Source: Actinomycetota bacterium
Lineage (GTDB): Bacteria; Actinomycetota; UBA4738; JACQTL01
DNA: 64,000 bases
Reading direction: 5' to 3'
NCBI GenBank assembly: GCA_036394995.1
Contig: DASWED010000089.1
Span: forward strand, 2,042-66,041
The translations under genes and the position numbers were made by a program. Of this stretch, positions 27,969 through 36,808 are shown piece after piece. The notes beneath the pieces are model-generated. The model did no database searches. It worked only from the letters and a program-made list of their open reading frames with translations, and had not been told where the DNA came from. Position 1 is the first letter of the stretch, and every line of letters begins with the position of its first letter.

Positions 27969-28859
27969 GTGAGCGCGCCGTTCGAACCGGGGGAACGCGT
28001 GCTCCTGCTCGATGCGCGGGGGCGGCGGTACCTGGTCCGGCTCCAGCCCGACCGCGAGTTCCACTTCCACGGGGGGCACGTGCCGTTCGCGGACATCATC
28101 GGCCGCGACGAGGGCCTGGTCCTGAACACCTCGAAGGGCGCGGCGCTCCAGGTGTTCCGGCCCCGCCTGGTCGACTTCGTGCTGAAGATGCCCCGCGGCG
28201 CGCAGGTGGTGTACCCGAAAGACCTCGCGGCGATCCTGATGCACGCGGACATCGGGCCGGGCTCGCGCGTCCTCGAGGCCGGAACGGGGTCCGGCGCGCT
28301 GACCCTGGCCCTGTGCCGCGCGGTGGGCCCCGAGGGCGGTGTCACCACGTACGAGCTCCGGCCGGAGTTCCAGGACAAGGCCGCGGCGAACGTGGAGATG
28401 TTCTTCGGCAAGCAGCCGGCGAACCTGTCCATGCGCAGCGGCGACCTCCGGGAGGTCACGGAGACCGGCGAGCGGTTCGACCGGGTGATCCTGGACATGC
28501 CGGAGCCGTGGGGGGTGCTCGAGGCCGTCACCGAGGTCCTCGAGCCGGGCGGCATCTTGTGCGCCTACCTCCCCACGACGATCCAGATCCAGACGCTGGC
28601 CCTGGCCCTCCGTGACCACGAGTTCCAGCAGGTGGAGACGTTCGAGCTGATGCTCCGGTCCTGGTTCGTCACCGAGCGCAGCGTCCGCCCCGATCACCGC
28701 ATGGTGGGCCACACGGGCTTCATCACGGTGGGCCGCTACGGGCCTGGAGGCCCGCGGGCCGACGCCATCGCGCCGGAGGACCTCCGGGACCCCGATCCGC
28801 CCGAGGTCGCACCGGACGGGCCCGAAGGGCTCCACCCCGCGGGCGGTGAAACCCCGTAG
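27969..28859 (+). CDS. trmI: tRNA (adenine58-N1)-methyltransferase TrmI
   Basis: SAM motif [15 protein letters not shown] plus the N-terminal beta-domain. Occupies the conserved position upstream of arc/mpa in Actinomycetota (Rv2118c-like). Confidence 0.85.
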   Translation: MSAPFEPGERVLLLDARGRRYLVRLQPDREFHFHGGHVPFADIIGRDEGLVLNTSKGAALQVFRPRLVDFVLKMPRGAQVVYPKDLAAILMHADIGPGSRVLEAGTGSGALTLALCRAVGPEGGVTTYELRPEFQDKAAANVEMFFGKQPANLSMRSGDLREVTETGERFDRVILDMPEPWGVLEAVTEVLEPGGILCAYLPTTIQIQTLALALRDHEFQQVETFELMLRSWFVTERSVRPDHRMVGHTGFITVGRYGPGGPRADAIAPEDLRDPDPPEVAPDGPEGLHPAGGETP

Positions 28860-28938
28860 AACGGGGTACAGCCCCGAGCGGCGCGTACCGAAGATCGGAG
28901 GCAGACCGGATACACTCGGGCGGCAGGAGGTTGCGACG

Positions 28939-30699
28939 ATGCCCCAGGACTCTCGAGAGCAGTTCGAGCAGTACGAGAAGGAACGGCACGAGCTCGAGAC
29001 CCAGATCAAGTTCCTGGAGGACGAGGTGGCCCTGTTGCGTCGGCGCCTGTCGAACGCCCCACGCCAGGTGAAGATCCTCGAGGAGAAGCTGGTCCAGACC
29101 CGCGCCGACCTGTCCAGGGCCCTCGCCCAGAACGAGAAGCTCGTGACGGTGATGAAGGCCGAGCGCGACAAGATCGAGGCGCTCAAGGAGGAGGTCGAGA
29201 AGCTCACCCAGCCGCCGGCCACGTTCGGCGTGTTCCTGGCCATGGTGGAGGACGAGGATTCCGTGGCCGACGTGTTCACCGCCGGCCGGAAGATGCGCGT
29301 CTCGGTGGACCCCTCGCTGGAGCGGGACCGCCTGCGCAAGGGCGTGGAGGTCATCCTCAACGAGGCCCTCAACGTCGTGGAGATCCTGGACCAGGACCGC
29401 CAGGGCGAGGTCGTGACGGTCAAGGAGCACGTCGACGACGAACGCGTGATCGTGATCGGCCGGGGCGACGAGTCCCAGGTGGCGATGCTCTCGGAGGCGC
29501 TGCGCGACCAGGTCATCCGCGTGGGCGACTCCCTCCTGCTCGACCCCCGCTCGGGCCACGTCCTGGAGAAGCTCCCGAAGCAGGAGATCGAGGAGCTGGT
29601 CCTCGAGGAGATCCCGAACATCTCCTACGAGGACATCGGGGGCCTCACCGGGCAGATCGAGGCCATCCGCGACGCCGTGGAGCTGCCGTTCCTGTACTCG
29701 GAGCTGTTCCACGAGCACCAGCTGAAGCCGCCGAAGGGCGTGCTGCTGTACGGGCCCCCGGGATGCGGCAAGACCCTCATCGCGAAGGCCGTGGCCAAGT
29801 CGCTGGCCGAACAGGTGGCGAACAAGACCGGCCGGGCCGACGCCCACTCGTACTTCCTGAACGTGAAGGGCCCGGAGCTGTTGAACAAGTACGTCGGCGA
29901 GACCGAGCGGCAGATCCGGATGATCTTCCAGCGAGCCAAGGAGAAGTCCGACGAGGGCTTCCCCGTGATCGTGTTCTTCGACGAGATGGACTCGCTCTTC
30001 CGGACGCGGGGCTCGGGGATCTCCTCCGACGTGGAGAACACCATCGTCCCCCAGCTGCTGTCGGAGATCGACGGCGTGGAGTCGCTGAAGAACGTCATCG
30101 TGATCGGGGCCTCGAACCGCGAGGACATGATCGACCCGGCCATCCTGCGGCCCGGGCGGCTCGACGTGAAGATCAAGATCGAGCGACCGGACCAGGCGGC
30201 CGCGGGCGACATCATGTCGAAGTACCTCAACCCGGAGGTCCCGATCCACCCCGACGACGTCCAGTCGTCGGGGGGCGACAAGCCCAAGGCCATCGCCCGG
30301 ATGATCGAGACCACGGTGGAGCGGATGTACGCGCCGTCGGACGAGAACCGGTTCCTGGAGGTCACGTACCAGTCCGGCGACAAGGAGATCCTGTACTTCA
30401 AGGACTTCAATTCCGGCGCGATGATCGAGAACATCGTGGCCCGGGCCAAGAAGGAGGCCATCAAGCGGTTCCTCCAGTCCGGGCAGAAGGGCATCAAGAT
30501 CGACGACCTGGTCCAGGCCATCCGGGACGAGTTCAAGGAGAACGAGGACCTCCCGAACACGACGAACCCGGACGACTGGGCCCGCATCTCCGGCAAGAAG
30601 GGCGAGCGGATCGTCTACGTCCGGACCCTCCTCGCCGAGGGCGAAGAGGGCAAGTCGGGCCGCCAGGTCGAACGCATCAACTCCGGCCAGTACCTGTAG
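28939..30699 (+). CDS. arc: Proteasome-associated AAA ATPase ARC/Mpa
   Basis: ATG 28939 follows GGCAGGAGG. N-terminal coiled coil, OB domains, Walker A GPPGCGKT, and the C-terminal GQYL proteasome-docking motif. Confidence 0.95.
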   Translation: MPQDSREQFEQYEKERHELETQIKFLEDEVALLRRRLSNAPRQVKILEEKLVQTRADLSRALAQNEKLVTVMKAERDKIEALKEEVEKLTQPPATFGVFLAMVEDEDSVADVFTAGRKMRVSVDPSLERDRLRKGVEVILNEALNVVEILDQDRQGEVVTVKEHVDDERVIVIGRGDESQVAMLSEALRDQVIRVGDSLLLDPRSGHVLEKLPKQEIEELVLEEIPNISYEDIGGLTGQIEAIRDAVELPFLYSELFHEHQLKPPKGVLLYGPPGCGKTLIAKAVAKSLAEQVANKTGRADAHSYFLNVKGPELLNKYVGETERQIRMIFQRAKEKSDEGFPVIVFFDEMDSLFRTRGSGISSDVENTIVPQLLSEIDGVESLKNVIVIGASNREDMIDPAILRPGRLDVKIKIERPDQAAAGDIMSKYLNPEVPIHPDDVQSSGGDKPKAIARMIETTVERMYAPSDENRFLEVTYQSGDKEILYFKDFNSGAMIENIVARAKKEAIKRFLQSGQKGIKIDDLVQAIRDEFKENEDLPNTTNPDDWARISGKKGERIVYVRTLLAEGEEGKSGRQVERINSGQYL

Positions 30700-30718
30700 G
30701 TCGCACTCGCAGGCGCCG

Positions 30719-31255
30719 CTACAGCTCGACGCGGATGTTCACGTCGATGCCGAGGGGCTTCAGGACGTCGATGATCTGTGCGGTGATGTCCGCCAGTTGA
30801 GCCACGTCGGCGGCGCAGGGCAGGCCGGGGGAGTGGAGGCAGTCTGCCTGGAGGCTCGGGATCAGCCGCTCGGTCTGGTGGAGCAGCCCTCGCAGGTGGT
30901 CGACCTCGTCCTGCAGGCCGGGAGGCGCCGGGCCCGACGCGTCGATGCGCCGGATGGCCTCGTGGACGTCGTCCGGGATGTGGCGCAGCGCGGTTCCCAG
31001 CGCGTCGAGGTCCCGGGCCTTCACCGCGTCGAATGCCGCCTGGAGGTCCTGGAGAAACGGGTCCATGGCGTCCCCCACGGCCTTCGCCCACCGGGCCACG
31101 TCGGCGGTTCCGATGGGCGACGGGATGGTGGGCGTGGGGGAGGGCCTGGTGACCAGCGTGGGTTGCGGCGACGGAGACTCTTTCGCGTCACCCCCGCTGC
31201 ACGCGGCCATGAGCACCCCCAGCGCGAGCGTCGTGGCCCTGATGCGTCGGCACAT
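30719..31255 (-). CDS. Hypothetical lipoprotein (helical)
   Basis: ATG 31255 follows GGGAGGAA. MCRRIRATTLALGVLMAACSGG, then a Pro-rich linker and a helical domain. Opposite strand, inserted between arc and dop. Confidence 0.6.
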   Translation of the reverse strand: MCRRIRATTLALGVLMAACSGGDAKESPSPQPTLVTRPSPTPTIPSPIGTADVARWAKAVGDAMDPFLQDLQAAFDAVKARDLDALGTALRHIPDDVHEAIRRIDASGPAPPGLQDEVDHLRGLLHQTERLIPSLQADCLHSPGLPCAADVAQLADITAQIIDVLKPLGIDVNIRVEL

Positions 31256-31362
31256 GTTCCTCCCGTCACCCACGTACATACCCATCCGGGCGCCCCGGCG
31301 CGAGGCAATCCAGGCGAACGGCCCTTGCGTTCCGTGAGGGGGCGGGTAGTACCCTCCATGCG

Positions 31363-32847
31363 ATGGCGATCGACAAGGTCATGGGGATCGAGACCGAGTA
31401 CGGCATCTCGGCGCCCGGTTCGGCGGAGTTCAACCCCGTGCTGTCCTCGTCGCTCCTCATCAACACGTTCGCGGGAGCCCTCCGCCGGATCCGATGGGAC
31501 TACGAGCAGGAGTCCCCGCTCCGCGACGCGCGAGGGTTCGAACCGGTCCAGGCCCGTGAGCCGGCCGATGAGGATCTGGGCCTGGCCAACGTGATCCTGC
31601 CGAACGGCGCCCGCTACTACGTGGACCATGCCCACCCCGAGTACTCCACGCCGGAGTGCGCCACGCCGCGGGACCTGGTGGTGCACGACAAGGCCGGCGA
31701 ACGGATCCTGGAGCGCTCCCTGCAGGAGGTCCAGTCGATCCTGCCGCCGGGGGCCCGCCTGGCCATCTACAAGAACAACACCGACGGCAAGGGGAACTCG
31801 TACGGAACCCACGAGAACTACCTGGTGGACCGCGCCACGCCGTTCGGGCGGATCGTCCGGGACCTCACGCCGTTCTTCGTGACCCGCCAGGTGTTCACCG
31901 GGGCCGGGAAGGTCGGTGCGGAGGGACCGCGGGCCCAGGGGTCGAACGTCGGCTACCAGCTCAGCCAGCGGGCCGACTTCTTCGAGGCCGAGGTGGGTTT
32001 GGAGACCACGCTGAAGCGGCCCATCATCAACACCCGGGACGAGCCCCACGCCGACCCGGAGCGGTACCGGCGCCTCCACTGCATCATCGGCGACGCGAAC
32101 CTGTGCGAGGTGGCCACGTTCATCAAGGTGGGGTCCACCGGGATCGTGCTGAAGATGATCGAGGACGAGTTCCTGCCGGAGCTCTCGATCGACCAGCCCG
32201 TGCAGGCGCTGCACGAGGTCTCGTGGGACGTGACGTGCCGGGCCACGGTCCGCCTCCTCGACGGGCGCCGGGTCACCGCGATACAGCTCCAGTGGGAGTA
32301 CCTGGACCACGCGAAGAAGTACGTCGAGGAGCGCGACGCGACCCCGGCGAACCTCGAGGTCCTGCAGCGGTGGGAGGCCGTCCTCACGGCCCTGGAGGAC
32401 GACCCGCTGTCCCTGCACCGGGAGCTGGACTGGGTGGCCAAGTACCGCGTCCTGGAGGGCTACCGGGAACGCGACGGCCTGGCCTGGAACGATCCCAAGC
32501 TCCGCCTGGTGGACCTCCAGTACCACGACGTCCGGCGGGACAAGGGCCTGTACCAGCGCCTGGCGGCCACCGGGAAGGTCGAGCGCCTGACCACCGACGA
32601 GGAGGTCACCCGGGCCATGCTCGAACCGCCGGAGGACACCAGGGCCTTCTTCCGGGGCCGGTGCATCGAACGGTACCCGGAGGCCATCGTGGCCGCGTCG
32701 TGGGATTCGCTGATCTTCGACACGGGGCGCGACGTGCTCCAGCGCGTTCCCATGCGCGAACCCCTCCGGGGAACCCGGGGGCACGTTGACGCCCTCCTGA
32801 ACGACGCCCCCGACGCCGCGACCCTGGTCGACCGTCTCCAGAGCTGA
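31363..32847 (+). CDS. dop: Pup deamidase/depupylase Dop
   Basis: GIETEYGIS N-terminus and the RWDYEQESPLRDARGFEP segment (the Dop-specific loop region as recalled from Mtb Dop). About 494 aa and positioned before pup. Confidence 0.9.
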   Translation: MAIDKVMGIETEYGISAPGSAEFNPVLSSSLLINTFAGALRRIRWDYEQESPLRDARGFEPVQAREPADEDLGLANVILPNGARYYVDHAHPEYSTPECATPRDLVVHDKAGERILERSLQEVQSILPPGARLAIYKNNTDGKGNSYGTHENYLVDRATPFGRIVRDLTPFFVTRQVFTGAGKVGAEGPRAQGSNVGYQLSQRADFFEAEVGLETTLKRPIINTRDEPHADPERYRRLHCIIGDANLCEVATFIKVGSTGIVLKMIEDEFLPELSIDQPVQALHEVSWDVTCRATVRLLDGRRVTAIQLQWEYLDHAKKYVEERDATPANLEVLQRWEAVLTALEDDPLSLHRELDWVAKYRVLEGYRERDGLAWNDPKLRLVDLQYHDVRRDKGLYQRLAATGKVERLTTDEEVTRAMLEPPEDTRAFFRGRCIERYPEAIVAASWDSLIFDTGRDVLQRVPMREPLRGTRGHVDALLNDAPDAATLVDRLQS

Positions 32848-32874
32848 TTCCCCGGCCTTGACGGCACCCGCCGG

Positions 32875-32880
32875 TAGAAT
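32875..32880 (+). promoter_or_regulatory. Candidate -10 hexamer (TAGAAT) for a pup-prcBA transcript
   Basis: Near-consensus -10 located 37 nt upstream of GTG 32917, followed by SD GGGGAAGGAG. The nearby TTGACG is only 11 nt upstream, so it is not a properly spaced -35. Confidence 0.4.
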
Positions 32881-32916
32881 GGGCTCCTGGTTGGTTCGGG
32901 TGGGGAAGGAGCAGGT

Positions 32917-33120
32917 GTGCCGCAGGAACAGGAACAGCGCAAGACCCAGAAGCGCGGAGGCGGAGGCGGCGACGGCGACGACGCCGGTCAGGTCCAGTCC
33001 ACCGCCAAGGGCGAGGCCCTGAAGGAGGAGATGGACGACATCCTCGACGAGATCGATTCCGTCCTGGAGGAGAACGCCGAGGAGTTCATCAAGTCCTACG
33101 TCCAAAAAGGCGGCGAATGA
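32917..33120 (+). CDS. pup: Prokaryotic ubiquitin-like protein Pup (C-terminal GGE)
   Basis: 67 aa: [22 protein letters not shown]...[28 protein letters not shown]. The stop overlaps the prcB ATG (ATGA). Confidence 0.95.
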   Translation: MPQEQEQRKTQKRGGGGGDGDDAGQVQSTAKGEALKEEMDDILDEIDSVLEENAEEFIKSYVQKGGE

Positions 33121-33926
33121 CCGGTTTGCCCGATCTGCCCCTCTCCGGAGGGCGGGGGTTCGGCGTCTCCCCGAGCTTCATGGATGCCCTGGCCGAACAC
33201 GGCCCCGAACCGTTCCGTGCCACCTCCGCCTCCCCGCAGCAGGCCGCCGGCCAGCTCGCGATCCCGCACGGCACCACGATCATCGGGCTGAAGTTCTCGG
33301 GTGGGGTGGTGATGGCCGGTGACCGGCGGGCCACCGAGGGCTACTCGATCGCGGACGAGAAGATCGAGAAGGTGTTCCAGGCCGACGACTACTCGTGCGT
33401 CTCGATCGCCGGCGCGGCCGGGCAGGCCACGGAGATCGTGCGCCTGTTCCAGACCGAGCTCGAGCACTACGAGAAGGTGGAGGGGGAGCGGCTCTCGCTC
33501 GAGGGCAAGGCCAACCGACTGGCCCAGATGATCCGGGGGAACTTCCCGATGGCCCTCCAGGGGCTGGTGGTGGTCCCCCTGTTCGGGGGGTTCGACGAAC
33601 GGCGGGCCGAGGGACGGCTGTTCCGGTACGACGCCACCGGGGGACGCTGGGAGGAGGAGAACTACATGGCCACCGGCTCGGGGGGCCGGCCGGCCAAGGG
33701 GACGCTGAAGAAGCTGTGGCGCCCTGGCCTCTCACGGGACGACGCCCTGCGGATCGTCATCGAGTCCCTCCGGGACGCGTCGGAGGAGGACGTGGCCACC
33801 GGCGGGCCCGATCCCGTGCGCGGCATCTGGCCCAGCGTGAAGGTCGTGACCTCGGACGGCGTCGAGGAGATTGCCGACCCCGACCTGAAGGCGGCCTACG
33901 ACGCGGCCGGGGGTGAGGGGTCCTGA
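33117..33926 (+). CDS. prcB: Proteasome beta subunit PrcB
   Basis: Propeptide followed by the [10 protein letters not shown] processing site that exposes the catalytic Thr. Ntn-hydrolase core. Confidence 0.95.
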   Translation: MTGLPDLPLSGGRGFGVSPSFMDALAEHGPEPFRATSASPQQAAGQLAIPHGTTIIGLKFSGGVVMAGDRRATEGYSIADEKIEKVFQADDYSCVSIAGAAGQATEIVRLFQTELEHYEKVEGERLSLEGKANRLAQMIRGNFPMALQGLVVVPLFGGFDERRAEGRLFRYDATGGRWEEENYMATGSGGRPAKGTLKKLWRPGLSRDDALRIVIESLRDASEEDVATGGPDPVRGIWPSVKVVTSDGVEEIADPDLKAAYDAAGGEGS

Positions 33927-34720
33927 TGTCCTTCCAGCCTTACGTCCCGCCCGAGCAGCTCATGAAGGACCGCTCGGAGTACGCGCGCAAGGGCATCGCC
34001 CGGGGCCGGTCGGTGGTGGCGATGGAGTTCGCCGAGGGAGTCCTGTTCGTCGCCGAGAATCCCAGCGCCACGCTGCACAAGATCAGCGAGATCTACGACC
34101 GGATCGCGTTCGCCGGCGTGGGGAAGTACAGCGAGTTCGAGGACCTCCGGATCTCCGGGATCCGCTTGGCCGACATCCGGGGCTACTCCTACGGGCGCGA
34201 GGACGTCAGCGCGAAGGCCCTGGCGAACGCGTACTCGCAGGCCCTGTCGGCCATCTTCACCCAGCAGATGAAACCCTACGAGGTGGAGATCCTGGTGGCG
34301 CAGGTGGGGGACCGTCCGGAGGAGAACGAGATCTTCCACGTGCTGTTCGACGGGAGCGTCACCGACGAGCAGGGCTACGTGGGCATCGGGGGGTTGTCCG
34401 AGGAGCTCACCCAGCACCTCCGGGACGACTACCGGGAGGACTGGGATCTGGGAAGCGGCGTCCGGGCGGCGGTGCGGGCCCTGGGGAACGGCGGCGAGCG
34501 GACCATCCCCACCGAGGACCTGGAAGTCGCCGTCCTGGACCGCACCAGGAGCCGGCGCAAGTTCCGGCGCCTCGCCGACGACGAGGTCAGCGCGATCCTG
34601 GCCGAAGGGGGCGAACCGACCCCCGCGGACGAGCCGGCGTCCGACGCCGTGTCCACCGGGGACGAACGGGCGTCGGACGAGCTCGAGTCCCCGGGCGGCT
34701 CCACCGCCACCGACGACTGA
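33926..34720 (+). CDS. prcA: Proteasome alpha subunit PrcA
   Basis: [29 protein letters not shown]... is the canonical actinobacterial PrcA N-terminus. It overlaps the prcB stop by 1 nt. Confidence 0.95.
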   Translation: MSFQPYVPPEQLMKDRSEYARKGIARGRSVVAMEFAEGVLFVAENPSATLHKISEIYDRIAFAGVGKYSEFEDLRISGIRLADIRGYSYGREDVSAKALANAYSQALSAIFTQQMKPYEVEILVAQVGDRPEENEIFHVLFDGSVTDEQGYVGIGGLSEELTQHLRDDYREDWDLGSGVRAAVRALGNGGERTIPTEDLEVAVLDRTRSRRKFRRLADDEVSAILAEGGEPTPADEPASDAVSTGDERASDELESPGGSTATDD

Positions 34721-34727
34721 GGCCCGG

Positions 34728-36002
34728 GTGAGCGGGACGCCCCCGGCCGAGCCCGTCGCGGGCCACCGCACGGCCACCGGCACGCACGCGGTCCCGGAAA
34801 CGCCCGTCGATCTGATCTTCAACCCGTGGCTCCCGGAGATCCACGCGAACCCGTACCCGGTCTACCGCCGGCTCCAGCGCGAGGATCCGGTCCACCGGCC
34901 GTTTCCGGGCGTCGTGATCCTGTCCCGCCACCGGGACGCGACCGCGCTGCTCCGGAATCCCGCCATGAGCAGCGACCGCCGGAACTCGCCCGTGTACGAG
35001 CAGTTCATCGCGGCGCTCCCGGTGGAGCCGGACGAGGGCGCGCTCACGCCCTCCATGCTGTTCCTGGACCCACCGGACCACGACCGGCTCCGCCGCCTGG
35101 CCAGCAAGGCCTTCACCCCCCGGGCCGTCGAACGGCTGTCGCCGCGGATCCGGGAGGTGGTCGACTCCCTGCTGGACCGGGCCCGGGAGCGGGGGGCGTT
35201 CGACGTCGTGGCCGACCTGGCCTACCCGCTGCCGGTGACCGTGATCTCCGAGATGCTGGCCATCCCCGAAGCCGATCGGCACGCCCTCCGCCGGTGGTCG
35301 CTCGACCTCATCTACACGCTGGATCCGATGCTGTCGGTGGAGGCGCTGGCCCGGGCCCAGCGGGCCGGCGCTGAGTTCCGCGCGTACCTCCGGGAGCTCA
35401 TCGGCGACCGCCGCCGGCACCTCGGCGACGACCTGCTGTCCGGGCTCATCCAGGCCGAGGACGACGGGCAGCAGCTCTCGCCCCACGAGCTCGTCGCGAC
35501 CTGCGTCCTGCTGCTGGTGGCCGGCCACGAGACCACCTCGAGCTTCATCGGGAACGGGATGCTGGCGCTCCTCCGCCACCCGGATGAGTACCGACGCCTC
35601 CACGAGGACCCCGGGCTGATGCGCTCGGCCGGCGAGGAGCTGCTCCGATACGACTCCCCGGTGCAGCTCACCGGCCGGCTGGTGCTCCGGGACACGGAGA
35701 TCGCGGGGGTGCGGGTCTCGGCCGGGGAGGACGTCGTGGCGCTGATGGGGTCCGCGAACCGCGACCCCGAGGTGTTCGCCGAACCCGACCGCCTGGACGT
35801 GGGCCGAACCGACAACCGCCACCTGGCCTTCGGCGGCGGCATCCACTTCTGCCTGGGTGCCCCGCTGGCCCGCCTGGAGGGCGGCATCGCCATCGCGTCG
35901 CTGGTCCGCCGATTCCCGAACCTGGCGCTCGCCAACGACGACCCCCGGTGGCGCGACACCATCACCCTGCGAGCCCTCAGCTCGCTCCCCGTCGCGTCCT
36001 GA
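34728..36002 (+). CDS. Cytochrome P450
   Basis: Heme-thiolate loop FGGGIHFCLGAPLA, EELLR (ExxR) motif, and I-helix LLVAGHETT. Confidence 0.9.
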   Translation: MSGTPPAEPVAGHRTATGTHAVPETPVDLIFNPWLPEIHANPYPVYRRLQREDPVHRPFPGVVILSRHRDATALLRNPAMSSDRRNSPVYEQFIAALPVEPDEGALTPSMLFLDPPDHDRLRRLASKAFTPRAVERLSPRIREVVDSLLDRARERGAFDVVADLAYPLPVTVISEMLAIPEADRHALRRWSLDLIYTLDPMLSVEALARAQRAGAEFRAYLRELIGDRRRHLGDDLLSGLIQAEDDGQQLSPHELVATCVLLLVAGHETTSSFIGNGMLALLRHPDEYRRLHEDPGLMRSAGEELLRYDSPVQLTGRLVLRDTEIAGVRVSAGEDVVALMGSANRDPEVFAEPDRLDVGRTDNRHLAFGGGIHFCLGAPLARLEGGIAIASLVRRFPNLALANDDPRWRDTITLRALSSLPVAS

Positions 36003-36077
36003 CGCCGCAGGCGAGCCCTGGCCTCAGACGGGCTCACGTGCTGGGGTCGAGGGTGCTTCCGGGCCCCGGACCTGCGC

Positions 36078-36106
36078 TTGACGGATCGGGCCGGGCCCCA
36101 TAGGTT
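36078..36106 (+). promoter_or_regulatory. Candidate sigma-A-type promoter (TTGACG-17 nt-TAGGTT)
   Basis: -35 at 36078-36083 and -10 at 36101-36106 with 17-nt spacing, about 30 nt upstream of ATG 36137, which has SD AAAGGGGGAG. Confidence 0.45.
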
Positions 36107-36136
36107 CCGGCCGCATCCCGGCAAAGGGGGAGAAAC

Positions 36137-36699
36137 ATGCGGCGATCGTCCAGTCTCGGGTCGGCAATCCTTTCGGCTCTCCTCGTGGGCGGCGTGGGAC
36201 TGATCGCGGCCGGGGTGTGGGCCCAGTCCTCTCCGTCCCCCGTGGCGCCCTCCCGGACGGTGCGGGTGCAGCTTCCCGCCGGCGAGAGCCGGCTGGAGCT
36301 CGCCGGTGGGTGGGCCATGGTGCGGGACGCGGCCGGCGCGACCGTCAGCCGGACGCGCGTCGGCTGAACGGTTCGCTGGATGCGGGATCCGCGGTGGTGA
36401 ACGGCCGCGGCGACGGCGACACGTTCAACGTCAACGCCGCGCCGGGGATCCCCTTCACGGGGAACGGGCGGGGCGGCAGCGACACGATCAACGGGAGCAG
36501 CGGGGCCGAGACCTTTCGCGGAGGCAGAGGCGCCGACAGCGTCACCGGGGGCTCCGGTGCGGACGTCCTCCGCGGCGGCAAGGGCGACGACTCGGTGGAT
36601 GGCGCCGATGGGGCGCCGGGCGACATCGTGGACGGCGACGCCGGCACCGACACCTGCACGGCCGACCCTGGTGACACCGTCCGGGAGTGCGAGGCGTAA
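36137..36699 (+). pseudogene. Secreted RTX-like (hemolysin-type Ca-binding repeat) protein, reading frame broken near 36350-36370
   Basis: The signal-peptide ORF (MRRSSSLGSAILSALLVGGVGLIAAGVWAQ...) stops at 36365-36367. The GGxGxD repeats ([19 protein letters not shown]...) continue in the adjacent frame to 36699 and have no convincing start of their own. Confidence 0.45.
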
Positions 36700-36796
36700 C
36701 GGTCCCGACGCCCAGCGAGGGGTAGCCGCGGCCGCGGGCGGCGCCCGGCCGCAGGCCTTCCCGACGGAACGTCCCCGGCGAAACGCCGGCCGCCCC

Positions 36797-36802
36797 TACA
36801 CT
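36797..36802 (+). promoter_or_regulatory. Candidate -10 hexamer (TACACT) giving a leaderless pafA mRNA
   Basis: TACACT ends 6 nt before GTG 36809. No SD-like purine run lies upstream. Confidence 0.35.
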
Positions 36803-36808
36803 GGCTTC

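Noticed and set aside
26682-29621. 979-aa minus-strand ORF across ttuB, ttuA, trmI and arc
   Set aside because: It is antisense to four genes that have strong family signatures. The translation is low-complexity and Arg/Pro/Ser-rich.
32858-32863. TTGACG as a -35 partner of the TAGAAT -10 upstream of pup
   Set aside because: The spacer is only 11 nt, so the two hexamers cannot form one canonical sigma-A promoter. Only the -10 was kept as a candidate.
31021-33105. 694-aa minus-strand ORF across dop and pup
   Set aside because: It is antisense to Dop and Pup, which are unambiguous. No motifs were seen.
36217-36367. Treating ORF 36217..36699 as an independent gene from its first in-frame start codon
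   Set aside because: The first 50 codons are Arg/Gly-rich and overlap the signal-peptide ORF. The RTX repeats begin only after 36370, so a frame break within one gene is more parsimonious.
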